A stretch of 64,000 nt of DNA, from NCBI GenBank assembly GCA_030141605.1, contig JAQGDQ010000471.1:62001-126000 (forward strand). The letters run 5' to 3'. Positions 49,264-62,048 of the stretch are shown here, piece after piece (within the stretch, counting starts at the first letter, position 1; every line of letters starts with the position of its first letter). Source of the stretch: Tubiluchus corallicola (taxonomy: Eukaryota; Animalia; Priapulida). The notes beneath the pieces were generated by a model. The model saw nothing but the letters and a program-made list of their open reading frames with translations. It was not told where the DNA came from and did no database searches. The position numbers and the translations under genes were made by a program.

Positions 49264-51492
49264 TTATTTCTCTCCGGCTTCCCCAACAGATGTATTTTTC
49301 TCTAAAACAGGAGAGTCTATGCTTTCTTTATTAGGGATAGTCTGGGTTTCCGAGAGGACTTCTTTGACAGAAACACCAACGGAATTACGTTTCTTACCAA
49401 TAGCTCTGAATTGAGCAATAATAATAACAATAAGCAGCCCTGTAACCACCGACATTGTCCAGAATCCAGACAGAGAGTTCCGTTCACTTTGCTTGGCTCG
49501 TGTTGCAGCAGTTAAAGGCTGTGCAACAGATCGGCTTTTAGAAGTTGTGATTATGGCTAGAGCGTAACAACACCGATTATCCCCTTCTTCCTGCTCTGCT
49601 TGGCTACGTCTACCACATGCCATCAAACCAACCTCAACCTTTCCTAGAATTGGGTTAGCCAGAAAAATGTCACCATTTCCATTAATAGTTAAATTTTGAT
49701 TATGGTTAATAATCGAGTACTGCATTTGTGTTTCAGAGCTGCTTGCAAACATTGCTTTAACATGACCCACATGTGATTTAAGAACACCTGTAGTGTTCAT
49801 TTTATACACCTCCTGATCAAAAACAGGATTTTTTCTAAACTGTAATTGTTTTATTTTTATTTGGACAGCAGCTAAAGCTACTTTATTCACAGGCTTCTTA
49901 ATTTTGGCCTTGATCGTACAGTCAACATATTCGTCGGTGTATGAATGCAGTTTAGCTGTTGTGATTACACTTACAATAGACCTCTCCGGTAAACGTGGAT
50001 TTAGGGATGTTCGCTCTACTGCAAACATTCCCATATTCTGTCCATTGTTTCCCACTAGTGAATAGGAAACTTCCGTTTCTGGATATGTACTTAGGACTAC
50101 CATGGTCAACAAAGGTGTCCCTACAGGCTCATGACTAAACGCTTCAGTCGGAGCAGATATTATCTCAAATTTTAGAGTGTTTACAATAATTTGCAAAGAC
50201 AAGAGAGCTCTGGCAAACGTGGGTCTAGTTAAACTGTAGCGTTCTTCTGCCTGAATAAGAGTGAAATACTTAGCTGACGACATCAGTTCTGTTGTGGTTG
50301 AAACCCTTCCATTAAGGTCATTGACCCTAAAAGGGTTATGCACGCATTTATAAGGAAATGTGAAGGCAACGGTGTATGGAAATTTGTAAAATATAGTTTC
50401 TTTAAGTGGATCCTTGTCATAAGCGGAAATTGGAGGTTCAATTAAGATTTCTGTGCCTCTTTCTACCGAAAAGTTACTTTTTACAGTTCCAGTGTACTTC
50501 ACAACAGAAAACTCGGGGTTTTGGTTGTTTATATTCTTAAAATTAACAAAGATTCGTAGATGAGGTCCACCCCTTGTTGGTTTCTCTCTAGTCTCATAAC
50601 GAACTAAACGTCTGACGTTTATTATAAAGGGCACATTCCAATCAGTGTTCTTATAAAGTCTTTGCTGCACTTTCAAGTGAACGCTAATGTATGTCTTTTG
50701 TTTAAACGCCTCTTTTATTCTAATTTCGAAATCCTGATTGTCAGGACACTCACTCGTGCTCCAGTCGGGATTGTCAAACTTCTTTTGGTCTAGCACACAT
50801 ATTTTAACATATCTGGCATACATCCATGGGTCTTCATCTACTACGATAGTATTGAAAAGATTAGTTCCGGGAAGCGTGGTTTCGTCATAATAGATAAATT
50901 TATTGTTTAGATTGGGCTCAAAACGAGGCACAAAGTAATCAAAAGGGATAATGTTAATTGTGAGATATAAGCGAATGTAATTACGTCGGGGTGATTCAGT
51001 AGGAGCAATATTTTTATGGTGCCTGTCATCATGAACGCAGTCAAACTCCAATTCGAGTTTAGGCTCTAGCGCATCAAGTTCTTGAGGTTTATATTTTCTG
51101 AAGTAGTCTACCACGTTCTCTTTAAAGAAAATTGTATTTTCGCCAATCCATTTGCCATTATCCCACTGATAATGCGGTCTAGTGAATGCCTTCCAGTCGT
51201 TTTGCAGAGCATTTCTAGGAAATATCATATTAACCCCTTCTCCTTCGTTGAATGTAATGTTTATATCAATTGACTTACCAAGATTATTTTTGTTATATAT
51301 GTATGCTTTTTGCTTATATGTTCCACTATATCTATAATTCCAGGGGCGAAGATCTCCTTCAAATGTTTCACATCCACGTGGTTTTTTGTTTAAGATGATG
51401 TTCTTGTCAACATGCTGTGCAACGTTTGCTGTCCACAGTGTACTTCCTAGAAAGAGAAGAAACAACATTTCTGACAGGCGACAAACCACCAT
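49264..51492 (-). CDS. Intronless 742-aa cadherin-like type I membrane protein (copy B)
   Basis: Same length and architecture as copy A; about 67 aa differences by manual count (~91% identity), no indels. Confidence 0.88.
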   Translation of the reverse strand: MVVCRLSEMLFLLFLGSTLWTANVAQHVDKNIILNKKPRGCETFEGDLRPWNYRYSGTYKQKAYIYNKNNLGKSIDINITFNEGEGVNMIFPRNALQNDWKAFTRPHYQWDNGKWIGENTIFFKENVVDYFRKYKPQELDALEPKLELEFDCVHDDRHHKNIAPTESPRRNYIRLYLTINIIPFDYFVPRFEPNLNNKFIYYDETTLPGTNLFNTIVVDEDPWMYARYVKICVLDQKKFDNPDWSTSECPDNQDFEIRIKEAFKQKTYISVHLKVQQRLYKNTDWNVPFIINVRRLVRYETREKPTRGGPHLRIFVNFKNINNQNPEFSVVKYTGTVKSNFSVERGTEILIEPPISAYDKDPLKETIFYKFPYTVAFTFPYKCVHNPFRVNDLNGRVSTTTELMSSAKYFTLIQAEERYSLTRPTFARALLSLQIIVNTLKFEIISAPTEAFSHEPVGTPLLTMVVLSTYPETEVSYSLVGNNGQNMGMFAVERTSLNPRLPERSIVSVITTAKLHSYTDEYVDCTIKAKIKKPVNKVALAAVQIKIKQLQFRKNPVFDQEVYKMNTTGVLKSHVGHVKAMFASSSETQMQYSIINHNQNLTINGNGDIFLANPILGKVEVGLMACGRRSQAEQEEGDNRCCYALAIITTSKSRSVAQPLTAATRAKQSERNSLSGFWTMSVVTGLLIVIIIAQFRAIGKKRNSVGVSVKEVLSETQTIPNKESIDSPVLEKNTSVGEAGEK

Positions 51493-53039
51493 TACGTTAC
51501 AGTTTGCATACTGCTGATTGTCTAGTTTCTAGATATCGGCAAACAGTTCGTCAGAATCTGAGATCAGTGATTTCGAATCAATTATGATGTATTCATATCA
51601 TGTATAATACTTTAGCCTTTGTTTCAATCCATTGTTTACTCTCTTAGCTGTTGACGCAAGCAGAATTGTTTCTTCCAGTTTGAAATTCCAAAATTGTAGG
51701 AGAAAAAACTGTTTTACCCTATTCTAATTTATTCTACACGCATGCTTGCTCTACATTAAAACACAAGAAAATCTTCCACTTACGTAAAGCTTAAAATTCG
51801 TGTTGAAATTGTAAATTATTCACATACTAAGGAGTTTGCGTCGGCAGTAACGCTATATAAAACTTGTAAGTTTAAACTTCTACGATGACCGTTAGGCGCA
51901 ACCATTTAAATGGTAGGTCGTCTAAAACAAGTTTAAATGACATTGTGCAAGGTTTGAAAAAATAATCAGAGTATTCGTAGCACATTTGTTACTAGCAAAT
52001 AAAATTTTTAATTACTGTATATTGTCAATAAGATTAAAAACACTTATTGGGATGGTGCGTGGTGCAGCCTGGAGGGTGAGCCAATGACATTTTACCAATT
52101 GGCACGAACATCTTAAACTATTATTTCTAGTTGCATAAGTCTTTCCAGCAGGAAAGCGGAATACTAAGTAATATAGATTTGCATGAAAAGTTTTTAGGAC
52201 ATAATTTAAAGTTTCCTTTTCTTCCATTGATTTACGTTGTGCGTATACGTCGTTGTGTAATGGCGCCGTCTTAACAGTATTGAGTTTTAAAATGAAATAC
52301 AAAAATTCCTTTCAATGTAAGTGCGATATATGCACAAAGATTCCGTAAAGTAATATAATTTTTAAGGCAAGTTTTCTGAAACCTATTTCTTGTTCTGGTG
52401 CCCCTTTTCTTGTCATTTAAGAGGACTGGCGTATGGATACTAAAGTACCTTTCTTAATCGGACACACTGTCATTATTTTATTAAATCACAAAACACACTC
52501 TTCATAAATGAAACTTAAAAGATTCGCCTTGAAATTTTGTACACTTACTCGCTATCTTATTGCACACAGGACCACGTTGCCAGTAATGTTGCATAAAACT
52601 GGTGCATATTTAAATTCCCGTGATGACTGTTGGGCGCTGGCATTTTGACGATAAGTCATGTGAACGGCATATAGCAAATAAACAGTTACTTAGGAGACAC
52701 TATAAATTTAGAATTCATATTTCGAATGTAAAAAGTTCCCGGCTCCCAGAAATTGATCTGCCTTATTGCGCTTTTACAGTCTGGCTACGCCCCTAAATAG
52801 GATGGTTTGTGACGCTATTACTGTAGGCATGCATGTTTGCGTGAGTTTAGAATATGTTTTTATACCGCTGATGTGTAATAGTTAAGGTGACGCATTGTAG
52901 TGTGTAACGTAACGAGATGAAATACTATGAAACGTAATGTAATGCATCTTAAAGTACTATAACGGTCATCAATGATTTTACAGTTCGCATATCCTGCACA
53001 ATTTAAAAATATTAAGTAACCTGACACTGATCACGACGA

Positions 53040-53720
53040 GACGCTAATTACGCCTGTTTTGCATGCAATTTAAGCGGATGATCTAGCAAAGCAATTGCTT
53101 GGAATCATGTTTACGGTGTCGTGCTAGCGAAACTTTTGTGGGATCAGTCGTGTATGCCGATGATATTGCGCAAATGGCTGATTCACATAGTCACCTTAAG
53201 AAAATGTTGAAAACCTGTGAAATACATGGCCGAAGGTGGTCTATTGCATTTAGTAGTGAAACTTGGTTATTATATATATGTAATGCAGGTCTTCATGTTA
53301 GTAAAACATTTTTTGTGGCAAAAGACTTATTTAGAAGGAGAAAGTCACATACTTAGGAATTGATGTAAAATCTTATAAAAAATTTAAAATCGACAACGTC
53401 ATAAATAAAAGCAAATCTTGTGCATCGTTGAATTCGATATTGTCAACTCTAGGAAGGAGATGTAATGACATGGCGTCCAAAACGCTGATAAATTCATATT
53501 GTTAACCAATTTTGTTGTACGCAGTAGAAGTTAATTCATTATCGTTTGAGCAAGAAAATATTTTAAAGTTTGCTGAAACACAGCCTATAAGAAGGATTTT
53601 AACTATAGAGGTAATGAGAGTGTCAAGATTTTAATGAACTACTGTGGCACGGTGCCTGCAAACTTTCTAATTGATTGTATGAAATTACGTTATTTAAATG
53701 TTCGATTATATACGATCATT
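53040..53720 (+). mobile_element. Degenerate non-LTR reverse transcriptase fragment
   Basis: VVYADDIAQMADSHSHLKKMLKTCE..WSIAF, then frameshifted YLGI and LINSYC*PILLYAVE. Confidence 0.75.
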
Positions 53721-53807
53721 GTCATTTTTAAAAATTCTTTATTTTATGCATATACCACCTTTTTCTTGTTATCTTTGTTATCTGTATGTAATGACACGAA
53801 ATTAAAT

Positions 53808-53870
53808 GGTGATGATGATGATGATGATGATGATGACGACGACGATGATGATGATGATGACAACAACAAC

Positions 53871-53942
<72 letters not shown>

Positions 53943-53975
53943 CTCTCTCCTCCCCCCTCTCTCTCTCTTTCTCTC
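53808..53975. repeat. (GAT)n-(AAC)n-(AAT)n-(CT)n compound microsatellite
   Basis: Directly visible. Confidence 0.95.
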
Positions 53976-55067
53976 TCTGCTCTTTTCTTTTACAGTAGTA
54001 AAATAAATTACTTTACGCCTAATATTTAACCAAAAATAAATCTTCACGAAACAATCCTAAGCTTTTGTGCGTTGTATGCTACAAAACTGGCATAAGTATG
54101 ATACCTTTTTGAAAACAGAAATTTTTAGCTTTACTTAATGTACAGACAGAATGGTTTTCTGTTTTGTCGTTGGTTGGAAAATTGCGCTCATTTACTGTTT
54201 ACTGAATTCACAGGGCCTTCATTATGGGCACTCTAAATCCTAGTATTAAATCATCTATGTCGTTATCAAAATTCAGACTTTGTCACAGGACATAGAAAAT
54301 ATCAGTCATAATGATGATTAGTACAGCTTAATTAGCCTTGATTAATACATAAAGAAGTTCATATTATCACATCAGCAGTCTAATTTCGTCTTATTGGTTT
54401 TCCTTTGTTGTGACGTAATCATGATAATAATAATAATTAGTCGTAACTCATAAATGTCGAAAAAATTAAAATTTGTATACTAGATGTTACACATATTTGT
54501 TTTTTAGACACAACAATTTCATTGTTGGCAATAAATTTCATAATTAAAAGCTCCCTTTGAATTCAAAAGCGTTGTTTCAAGGAAGATATTTAAAAAAAAC
54601 ATTTTCGACATTTTTACGAGTTCCTTTTACAAGTACCTATGACGGAACGTTCAGACTTGTCAGTTTTCTCTCTGACTGTAATGTTTAGAAGTAACTGGCA
54701 AGCAAGTTTTAAAACACGTTTGCACATGCCTATAGCGAGAAAACTCATTAGTTTGAACACTCCGTAATATTTATTTGAAAATATATTTGAGTATAATCTA
54801 ACATTTGAGAAGAAATAAATCTGTAAAACACAAAAGAATGTAAAAAATGTTGAAGTAATATAATGAACTTTGACTTGTTGAAAAGTTAAAAAATTAATAA
54901 AGGAAACAAAGTACAGTATATAATGGCTGAATGTTATGCTAACACATAAAATAAATTTCTAAACATGCTCGTTGACACCTGGAGCTTGTTTAGGATGACG
55001 ACCATCATTACAGAGAATTATACCCCAGATCGTGGCTTCTATTACACTCCCGCACGCATTCATGTAC

Positions 55068-55074
55068 TCACGCA

Positions 55075-55105
<31 letters not shown>

Positions 55106-55785
55106 GCACACATGCGCGCGCACACACACACACACAAGTACACCAATTAATTAAACTTTGATGTACTTTGATGACTGTGACTGTGGTAGTGTTGCTGATT
55201 ATAATAATAATAGTGATGCTGCTGCTGATCATGATAGTGATGATGATGATGACGACGACGACGATGACGAAAATGATGATGAGGACGATAATATGATGAT
55301 GATAGTGACAATTTTATATGCAGTTTTTCATACACTTTTTTGTACTCTGCTAGCTTATATTCGACAGGATTGCAAATAAAAAAATGTAGAATGGTTGTGG
55401 CGGGACGAAAACCTAGCTAATTATTAAAGACAATTTTTTAAAATGAGACAGTGAACCAGCAGGTTGTCTTCGTCCGATTCGAATGTGTGTACGACCTTCC
55501 TCAAGGAGGTAAATAGATGGAAAGAGGATGTGCTAGATGGAATTGCTCAGAAACAGTTTCTCCAGAGATCTTCATAATGGCTACACACGCACACACACGC
55601 ACACGCACACGCACACGCACACGCACGCACGAACACACGCACGCACGCACACGCACACACCACACACGCACTCGCACACGCACACGCGCACGCGCACACG
55701 CGCACACGCGCTCACGCGCACAAGCGCTCACGCGCACACGCGCACACACGCACACACACACACCACACGCACGCAAGCACGCACA
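55068..55785. repeat. Microsatellite cluster: (CA/CG)n 55068-55135, (GAT)n 55215-55305, (CA/CG)n 55583-55785
   Basis: Directly visible; both CA tracts are followed by the same aattaattaaactttgat, suggesting local duplication. Confidence 0.9.
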
Positions 55786-56318
55786 CTAATTAATTAAACT
55801 TTGATAACAAACGTGAAAAAAGAAATGTGGAAAAATTATAATACAGCCGAGATTTGAACCAGACACTTTCTGCTTAAATTGATGACGCCTTAGACCACTA
55901 AATATACGCAGACGTCCCTAGTTCAAATATAGGCTGTATTCTATCATTTTCACATTTCTTACCTTTAAAGTTTGGAATCAAACTTTAATTTATCGTGGGT
56001 TTGTAACGTCATCATAACAGTTTTGACATTAAGATTATAATAATTAAAAAATAGTGTGATATTTCTTATTCGATTTTTAAGGCAAAATAGGATAATTTTT
56101 CATACCGTACACGATTTTGTTGTGCAGCACAGTAAAAAGTATACATTTTAATACCTATAATAATGCCAGAGTGTTTGTGACAATTAAATGACAGCTTAAA
56201 AACTTAATTAATGGCGGGCGAGCCCAACTAGTGATGACATCACAAATGAACATAATTTTTAACAACATAAACATACGATGAGCGTGCTGCACGCGTTTGT
56301 GAAAGCGAAAATGTACTA

Positions 56319-56714
56319 TATATATATTAATTCTTTATTTGTCATTAAAACGGTTCCCTCATTATAATAAAATTGAGTTAGCCTCAGCGTAATGTTAAAA
56401 TAACAATACTGTTCAAGACAAATGCGTCCAGTGCATACTAAAAAAACTAAAGTGCAAACTATATACAATATAATGAACATATTTACAAATACCATATTAA
56501 AATATTTTTACAAACAATTATAGGAAAGTACATTAAGTTTTACATTACATAGTGCACACTATTTATACATTTAACATTACGAAACACGAAACTAACATAA
56601 CACGTATTACATTACATAATTTTTTTTTTAAAAATTTCATTTTTAATCATTATATGGAGTCAGGGGCGGGGGTATATGAAAGTGGAGTCCGTGTAATTAG
56701 TATCAGATGCACAG
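56319..56714 (-). mobile_element. Short 3' fragment of the same LINE family as 37884-39934
   Basis: Aligns to ~37890-38335 (tail, 3' UTR, ORF end); 8-bp TSD atgtacta at 56311-56318 and 56715-56722. Confidence 0.9.
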
Positions 56715-57082
56715 ATGTACTACGGTACAACATTCAATTGGGCTTGGTTTACATTTAATTTAAGTAAATTAATACAAACTACAGCAGTTAGTGTATGCAA
56801 TGATATCCACGGCAGAAAATATTTTGTGTTCAGCAAAAATTTTTAGGGTGGTGGGGGTCGTTGTTGTTTCCGTTCTTCGATATTAGATCCACATATTTTT
56901 CTAAGTATTATTCTAAGATTTTCATTAAGTTTCTTGTTGTCAAGTACTTGTGGGCTCCATATTTTTTAGCTCAGGGCTCTTTAAATCTCTGACCTTGCCT
57001 TTTTTCTCGTAGGCGAAGTAATTATAAAAAATCTCTCTTTTCGTTGTGGCAGCGTGAGAATCGACTATCCACTGAACATAAT

Positions 57083-57108
57083 TCAAGGTCACTGTTGAAG
57101 TATATAAA
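57083..57108 (+). promoter_or_regulatory. TCAAGGTCA nuclear-receptor extended half-site and TATA box upstream of the lectin gene
   Basis: TCAAGGTCA at 57083-57091 and TATATAAA at 57101-57108, ~70 bp before the ATG. Confidence 0.5.
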
Positions 57109-57175
57109 CCAACGTAGGGCACAAGTCAAGATCAAGAGGGTGACGGTTCGCTTGGAGAAGCTCTGAGCGTTCATC

Positions 57176-58448
57176 ATGGAACTTTTTCCACTTTTGCTGG
57201 TTTTTTGCTGCATCGCTTTTGTGGTTTCTCACCCATGTCTTGAAGATTACACACTTGTACAATTTGATGATAAAACAGAGAAGTGTTACAAGCTTTTAAT
57301 GGACAAAACGAGAAATTTGAAGCAAGCCGGGCAAGAATGCAAAAAAGATAAGAATGCGGATAGAACAAAAGCAGAACTGGTTACCGTTTTATCTCAGGAA
57401 AAAGTGAACAAACTAACGACCGATTTGAATCTGAATGAACTCTTGTCGAACTCAGCAGCTATGGGTGAGTTCACATTTTTCACTAATTTCTACTTCTACA
57501 TATTATCGATTATGAATTATGAATCGTCAGGTGTTAGACATTGGTTGCATGGGTGATGCGGTGGCAGGACCGGATTAACGCATAAGCAGAGTAAGCACGT
57601 AAGCAGAGTAAGGCTGGGGGGGCACCAAACTAGCAAAAAATAATTTGAAAACAGATAAAATTTTAATAAAGTGAGTTAACGACCATAAACGTCTTACTCA
57701 GTTCAAAATGTGAGAATGATCAATTTTTTGTTGTTCTTGGCCGGCATATTAACTTATTTAATTAAAATTTCATTTTGACGTCATGTGATACCCCAAAATC
57801 ATGACCCAGATGAACTCTGATATATATGAAACTCTCTCACCAAACTCTTCTATCTGGCTAGCTCTCTCTCTCTCTGTCTCTCTTTCTCTCACTCTCTCTG
57901 TTTCTCTCTCTCTTTCTCTCGCTTCCTCCCTCTCCACGTGACGTTTAATGTTTCCTGTCTCCAGGAGCTCATGTCATAGCAATCGTCATTGTCTTTCTCC
58001 TTCCTCAAGATTTGACCATTCTGACCAATGAACTCTCATCTTCTCTTCATTATCTCATTACTAATATTGTTTATCCCGGCTCTTGTGATTGGCAGTAGTA
58101 GATTGTAAAATGATTTAGTATTTATCACGGCGCACTAATTCTAATATTTGTATCTTATTTAATTATAGGTCTATACCGTTTTTTGTAGGTTTCTGGACTT
58201 CGGAAAATGTGGCTGAAACAGCAATCATGTGGGATTCTCTTGATGACATTCTTCGTTTGAAGTGTGAGAAAAATGAAAACGAGTTTAATTTTAATGTGCT
58301 TGTAAAAATGAAGACCGAGAGCGTATCTCTGGGTAAGAAGAAAATGGGTTTAGCACTGGGTGAGGGAAACGGCGTTGGCACGTGGTATTTCGCCCCTGAA
58401 AATGAAAAATTTTATGCGATTTGTGAATTGCCAACAGAGGAAAATTAA
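57176..58448 (+). CDS. Secreted atypical C-type lectin-domain protein, ~182 aa, exons 57176-57464 and 58189-58448
   Basis: Signal peptide MELFPLLLVFCCIAFVVS; CTLD pattern C..KCYK..AGQEC..AELVTV..GFWT..W..FYAICE; phase-1 intron atgg|gtgagt ... ttttgtag|gt joins in frame. Confidence 0.85.
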
Positions 58449-59679
58449 ACCCAAAATCACTTTTTAGTGCACATGTCTGTCACCACTCTCATTTTTCAGT
58501 TTTAATGGTATAGGTGAGTTTGTCACTTGTTTGGTCTCCACATGGCTTCCAGGTAATCCAGAATTAATAGTATCCAAAAATTCTGTGGGTTTCAAAGCCG
58601 CTTAAATATGCCGATGCCCAAGGACACACTTCAAACGTCGCGAAATTTTGGGGCTAATTTTGCTCTCGTTGAATACAAAGAAGTCCTAAATATTTTAGAT
58701 AAACGTGTTGTACAGATTAATTGTTAGGATAAGTGCTATTAGAATTTGTAAATTGATATTTTCTGTTAATTGTAAGCAGAGCATTTTAATAATAGTTAAA
58801 CAAGACAAAAGGCGTATCCAGGTGAGAAGCGAATACCCGAAGCTGCAGCTCATTCTTAACTACAACGCTTGTATATTAATTTGTAGTCATAAATTTGTTA
58901 GTAATTATACTAATCTTTGTTTTTGTTATGTGTTTGTGAATACTTTGTGTTAAATTTACCGAGCAAAAGGAAAAATGAAAATAAGTGTTTTAGTTTTTGC
59001 ACACTGTCTGTAGTACTGCCACAAACAACTTGCGAACTCGAGCAGTAAGTACTTAGGAGTTAGGATACGCTTAGCTAGGACTGGATTTCCAGATTTAAAA
59101 AGGTTCTCCAGCTTCCAGAAGTCGATGGGCGTTAACATTTTAGCTAGGCTCGTTACGGTAAATATTCGCTATTATTGTAGGCCTATGTTCTTGTATTACA
59201 TCTACAGTTATGATTTTTAAACAATTGTAATATAAGCTAATGAAATAAAATGTAGCGTAACGTTACGTAATGTAGAATAAAAGCATTTTAACTTCTGTTG
59301 CGGGATACAAAAGAAAATTTATTAGTATTTTTTTTGCACAAAATGTACATGATGTACGTCTCACAAGTCGCTGTTCACTTTTCATATTTTTAAGAAAGGA
59401 AAACGTTTGAACATTGAGACATATGAACTAAAACCTTGGGCAATTTTTTTAGTCAAATTAAATAAAAATCTGAAAAGAACTACTGCAATAGTAAGCTTTG
59501 CGATTTTGGCTACTTATTCAGGGACCTCAAGACACCGCAGAGACCAATTCGTTATCAAATCGAGTAAATTTTGCATTGAGACAGTCTCTCATAGTTCATG
59601 AGTGGTGTGGAAGGGTTACACTTTGTTGAAAAACTACATTGTTAATACTAAGATAATAATGCAGTCCATATGCGCTTGA

Positions 59680-61525
59680 CAAGAAAAAGACTAATAAGGC
59701 TAAATAAATTTTGTCAGGTTTACTCGGTCTTATATCACCTCAAGCTAAAAATAACGTGTCACGCAAGAACCCTGGGACAGATTTCCACAGATCTGACTAA
59801 CTTACCCAAGTTGCGCTGAATGGGCGCCTTCGGAATTTGTGCTTGCAGGCATGATTTGGTTCATATATATATGGTTATATATTAACTTTTGTTTATTGAG
59901 CGTATTTATCACATACACATGGTGGACAGTAATAATTTTGAAAAAAAGACACGGCTCATACTCAGTACAAAGTCATAAAACATTAATCCTATATATAGGG
60001 TATTGTATATATGCTATATAGGATTATGTACTATACTACAGGTTCTAAAATTCAATTTTTTTACACACAAATTTTTCTGTTTCGTGTTTCTTGTTTGTGA
60101 ATATATCTTTTACGGGGCTGCAGTCAGGAAATAATGTAATAGGAATTGCCAAATGTGCCTTTTGATTCGTGTAAGAGCTTGTCGAAATTGGAGAAAAATT
60201 TAGGAAAAAATTAGAAATCAAAGTGTATAGTGACTTTTGAGACACCCTGTATATTCTCATTCACGACACGAACCAACAATAATTTAACCAAACTTGACCA
60301 ACAGGGCCTGAAGCATGAACTAATTAATGTCAAACGTTGAAAGAAAACCCGGACGATTATATGTAGACATTAGTTCAAAATAAAGTATGTTCTAAATAAA
60401 TGAAAATTACAACAGCTTTTTAAAATCAAAGCTTAGATTAAATAATAATTGCCTCGGATAGTTAAATTTTGTTTAACGTTCAAAGCTACGCACGGCTCAG
60501 CGAATCCAATAAGACTGGTAATGGAGCCTTTTCATTGTCACATTCTCGCGGCTGACAATTAGGCGCGGTACCCTGATAAGCATGATCGTCAACTGCAGTG
60601 TTCGTCTGTGACATCAGTGTGACGTAGAACCCGTTTTTGTGGCATCACATCAGCGTCTTATAGCAATCTTTGTTTACGCAAACGTGCTTGACGCTCTAAG
60701 AAGTTGCCTACCATTGAACAAACTGCGGTTAGTTTGTGACGTAAGCGATATCTGTGTTCGGTTGCCGTTAATTAACTTTCAAAGATAACAGAAACAAATG
60801 TTCAATGGTGTTTCACTCGCAGGCTATTTGTTAGTGCAATCTTGGCAGCATGCCATGCCTTGTGACCGATTGTCTTTTTCAAATCTTGAGCTTCTTGAAC
60901 TTCGTAGAATACACTATGATTTGGCAATGTGTTATTCAATATTACATCAGACAGTGCTACAGACAAAGATGTAGTTTTTAGCAAAGCACCTTTATCTACT
61001 GTGACCAGGTCCGGGGGTTACCGCTTAAACTAACAGCACATTCACTGCCAATTTGATTGTTTCAAAAATTCTTACTCGAACGGAATAATTCTGAACTTCC
61101 AGAGTCTCTCGGCGATGCCCCCTTGGACTTTGCCCAGAGCAGCAAACTTTTTTAAAAACCGTTTAAAAGGTCTAAATCTTAATGATCTTTTAATAGGCGC
61201 TTGTAAGTAGCCTTGGCTCTTTGTGCATTTATCTGTAATCTTTTAACTAGCCCGTTTTACGTGTAAGAATTCATTCTGTGCTGTATGTACGTTTTATCCT
61301 GCCTTCTTGTAAATATTTTGTAAATGTGTGCAGGTTATTTTCAGACAAGAAAAAGACTTATAAGGCTAAAAACGCTTCTTTTGTCAGGTTTGCTCGGTCA
61401 CATTTCACCTTAAGCTAGAAATGACCGCTCCCCTTCAAGAACCCTGGGACAGATTTCTGACAGATATAACTAATTTCTCCAAAACGTCCTTCGCAAAAAG
61501 TTGCGCTTGCAGGCATGGTTTGCTG
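59680..61525 (+). repeat. Pair of ~180-bp diverged direct repeats (59680-59860, 61345-61525)
   Basis: Shared aagaaaaagact.ataaggctaaa, ttttgtcaggttt.ctcggtc, caagaaccctgggacagattt, gcttgcaggcatg.tttg. Confidence 0.8.
60790..61340 (+). mobile_element. Degenerate CR1-like LINE 3' fragment
   Basis: TRSGGYRLN*..CFKNSYSN.. and FKNRLKGLNL resemble the CR1 ORF2 C-terminus; boundaries approximate. Confidence 0.5.
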
Positions 61526-62048
61526 AACAATATAAGTTGAGGAACGCTATAGACTGAAATTAAGACAGAAAACATTAGTAGTCAAAAGAACTTTTTATTT
61601 ACTTCTAATGAAAAGTAATTATGCCACGCTAAATATAATATAAATCGAAGGTAAAACAAAGAAGTAAGATTATTCTCCTTATTAGTGGCTGCCGCCATTC
61701 GGGATACGCCATTGCGCCGAACCATCAATCTTCCCAATGTTTTCCCAATCTTCCCGGAACCTAAGGGCTTTGGGCTATTTTTGTTACGCAATCTACGTTT
61801 GTGGGAAACTTGCGCACAGAGGCTGCTAGCTGAGCACACCTGCATTGCGGATGTTATTTTTGAAGCTAATTTAGCCACCACATTGGATATGATTATTCGG
61901 ATGGAGTTGGGATGTCAATACTCAAACTCGGGAGTCGGTACCCACTAGAACTGCTAAATAGACTACCATGTTGGACTACTATGTCCTTATGGTGTTTTGG
62001 ACGCCATTTTGGTTTCGTTTTGAGATCGCATTTACAATTACGACTTGA

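Larger units (their letters stand above)
37525..51690 (+). repeat. Segmental duplication, unit B (expanded by a LINE and a ~6-kb segment)
   Basis: Same colinear blocks as unit A. Confidence 0.93.

Noticed and set aside
493-55797. Many low-complexity ORFs (YYIIL, IHSF, CVCV, HTHT, poly-D/N/M)
   Set aside because: They are translations of microsatellites.
58161-58190. Upstream acceptor aattatag|gt for lectin exon 2
   Set aside because: It gives an in-frame TAG; the acceptor at 58188 keeps the frame.
60030-60255. Tc1/mariner MITE end (gagacaccctgta)
   Set aside because: Only one convincing terminus was found.
61582-61948. Overlapping 87-99 aa ORFs on both strands
   Set aside because: No motifs, ATG starts or consistent splice structure.
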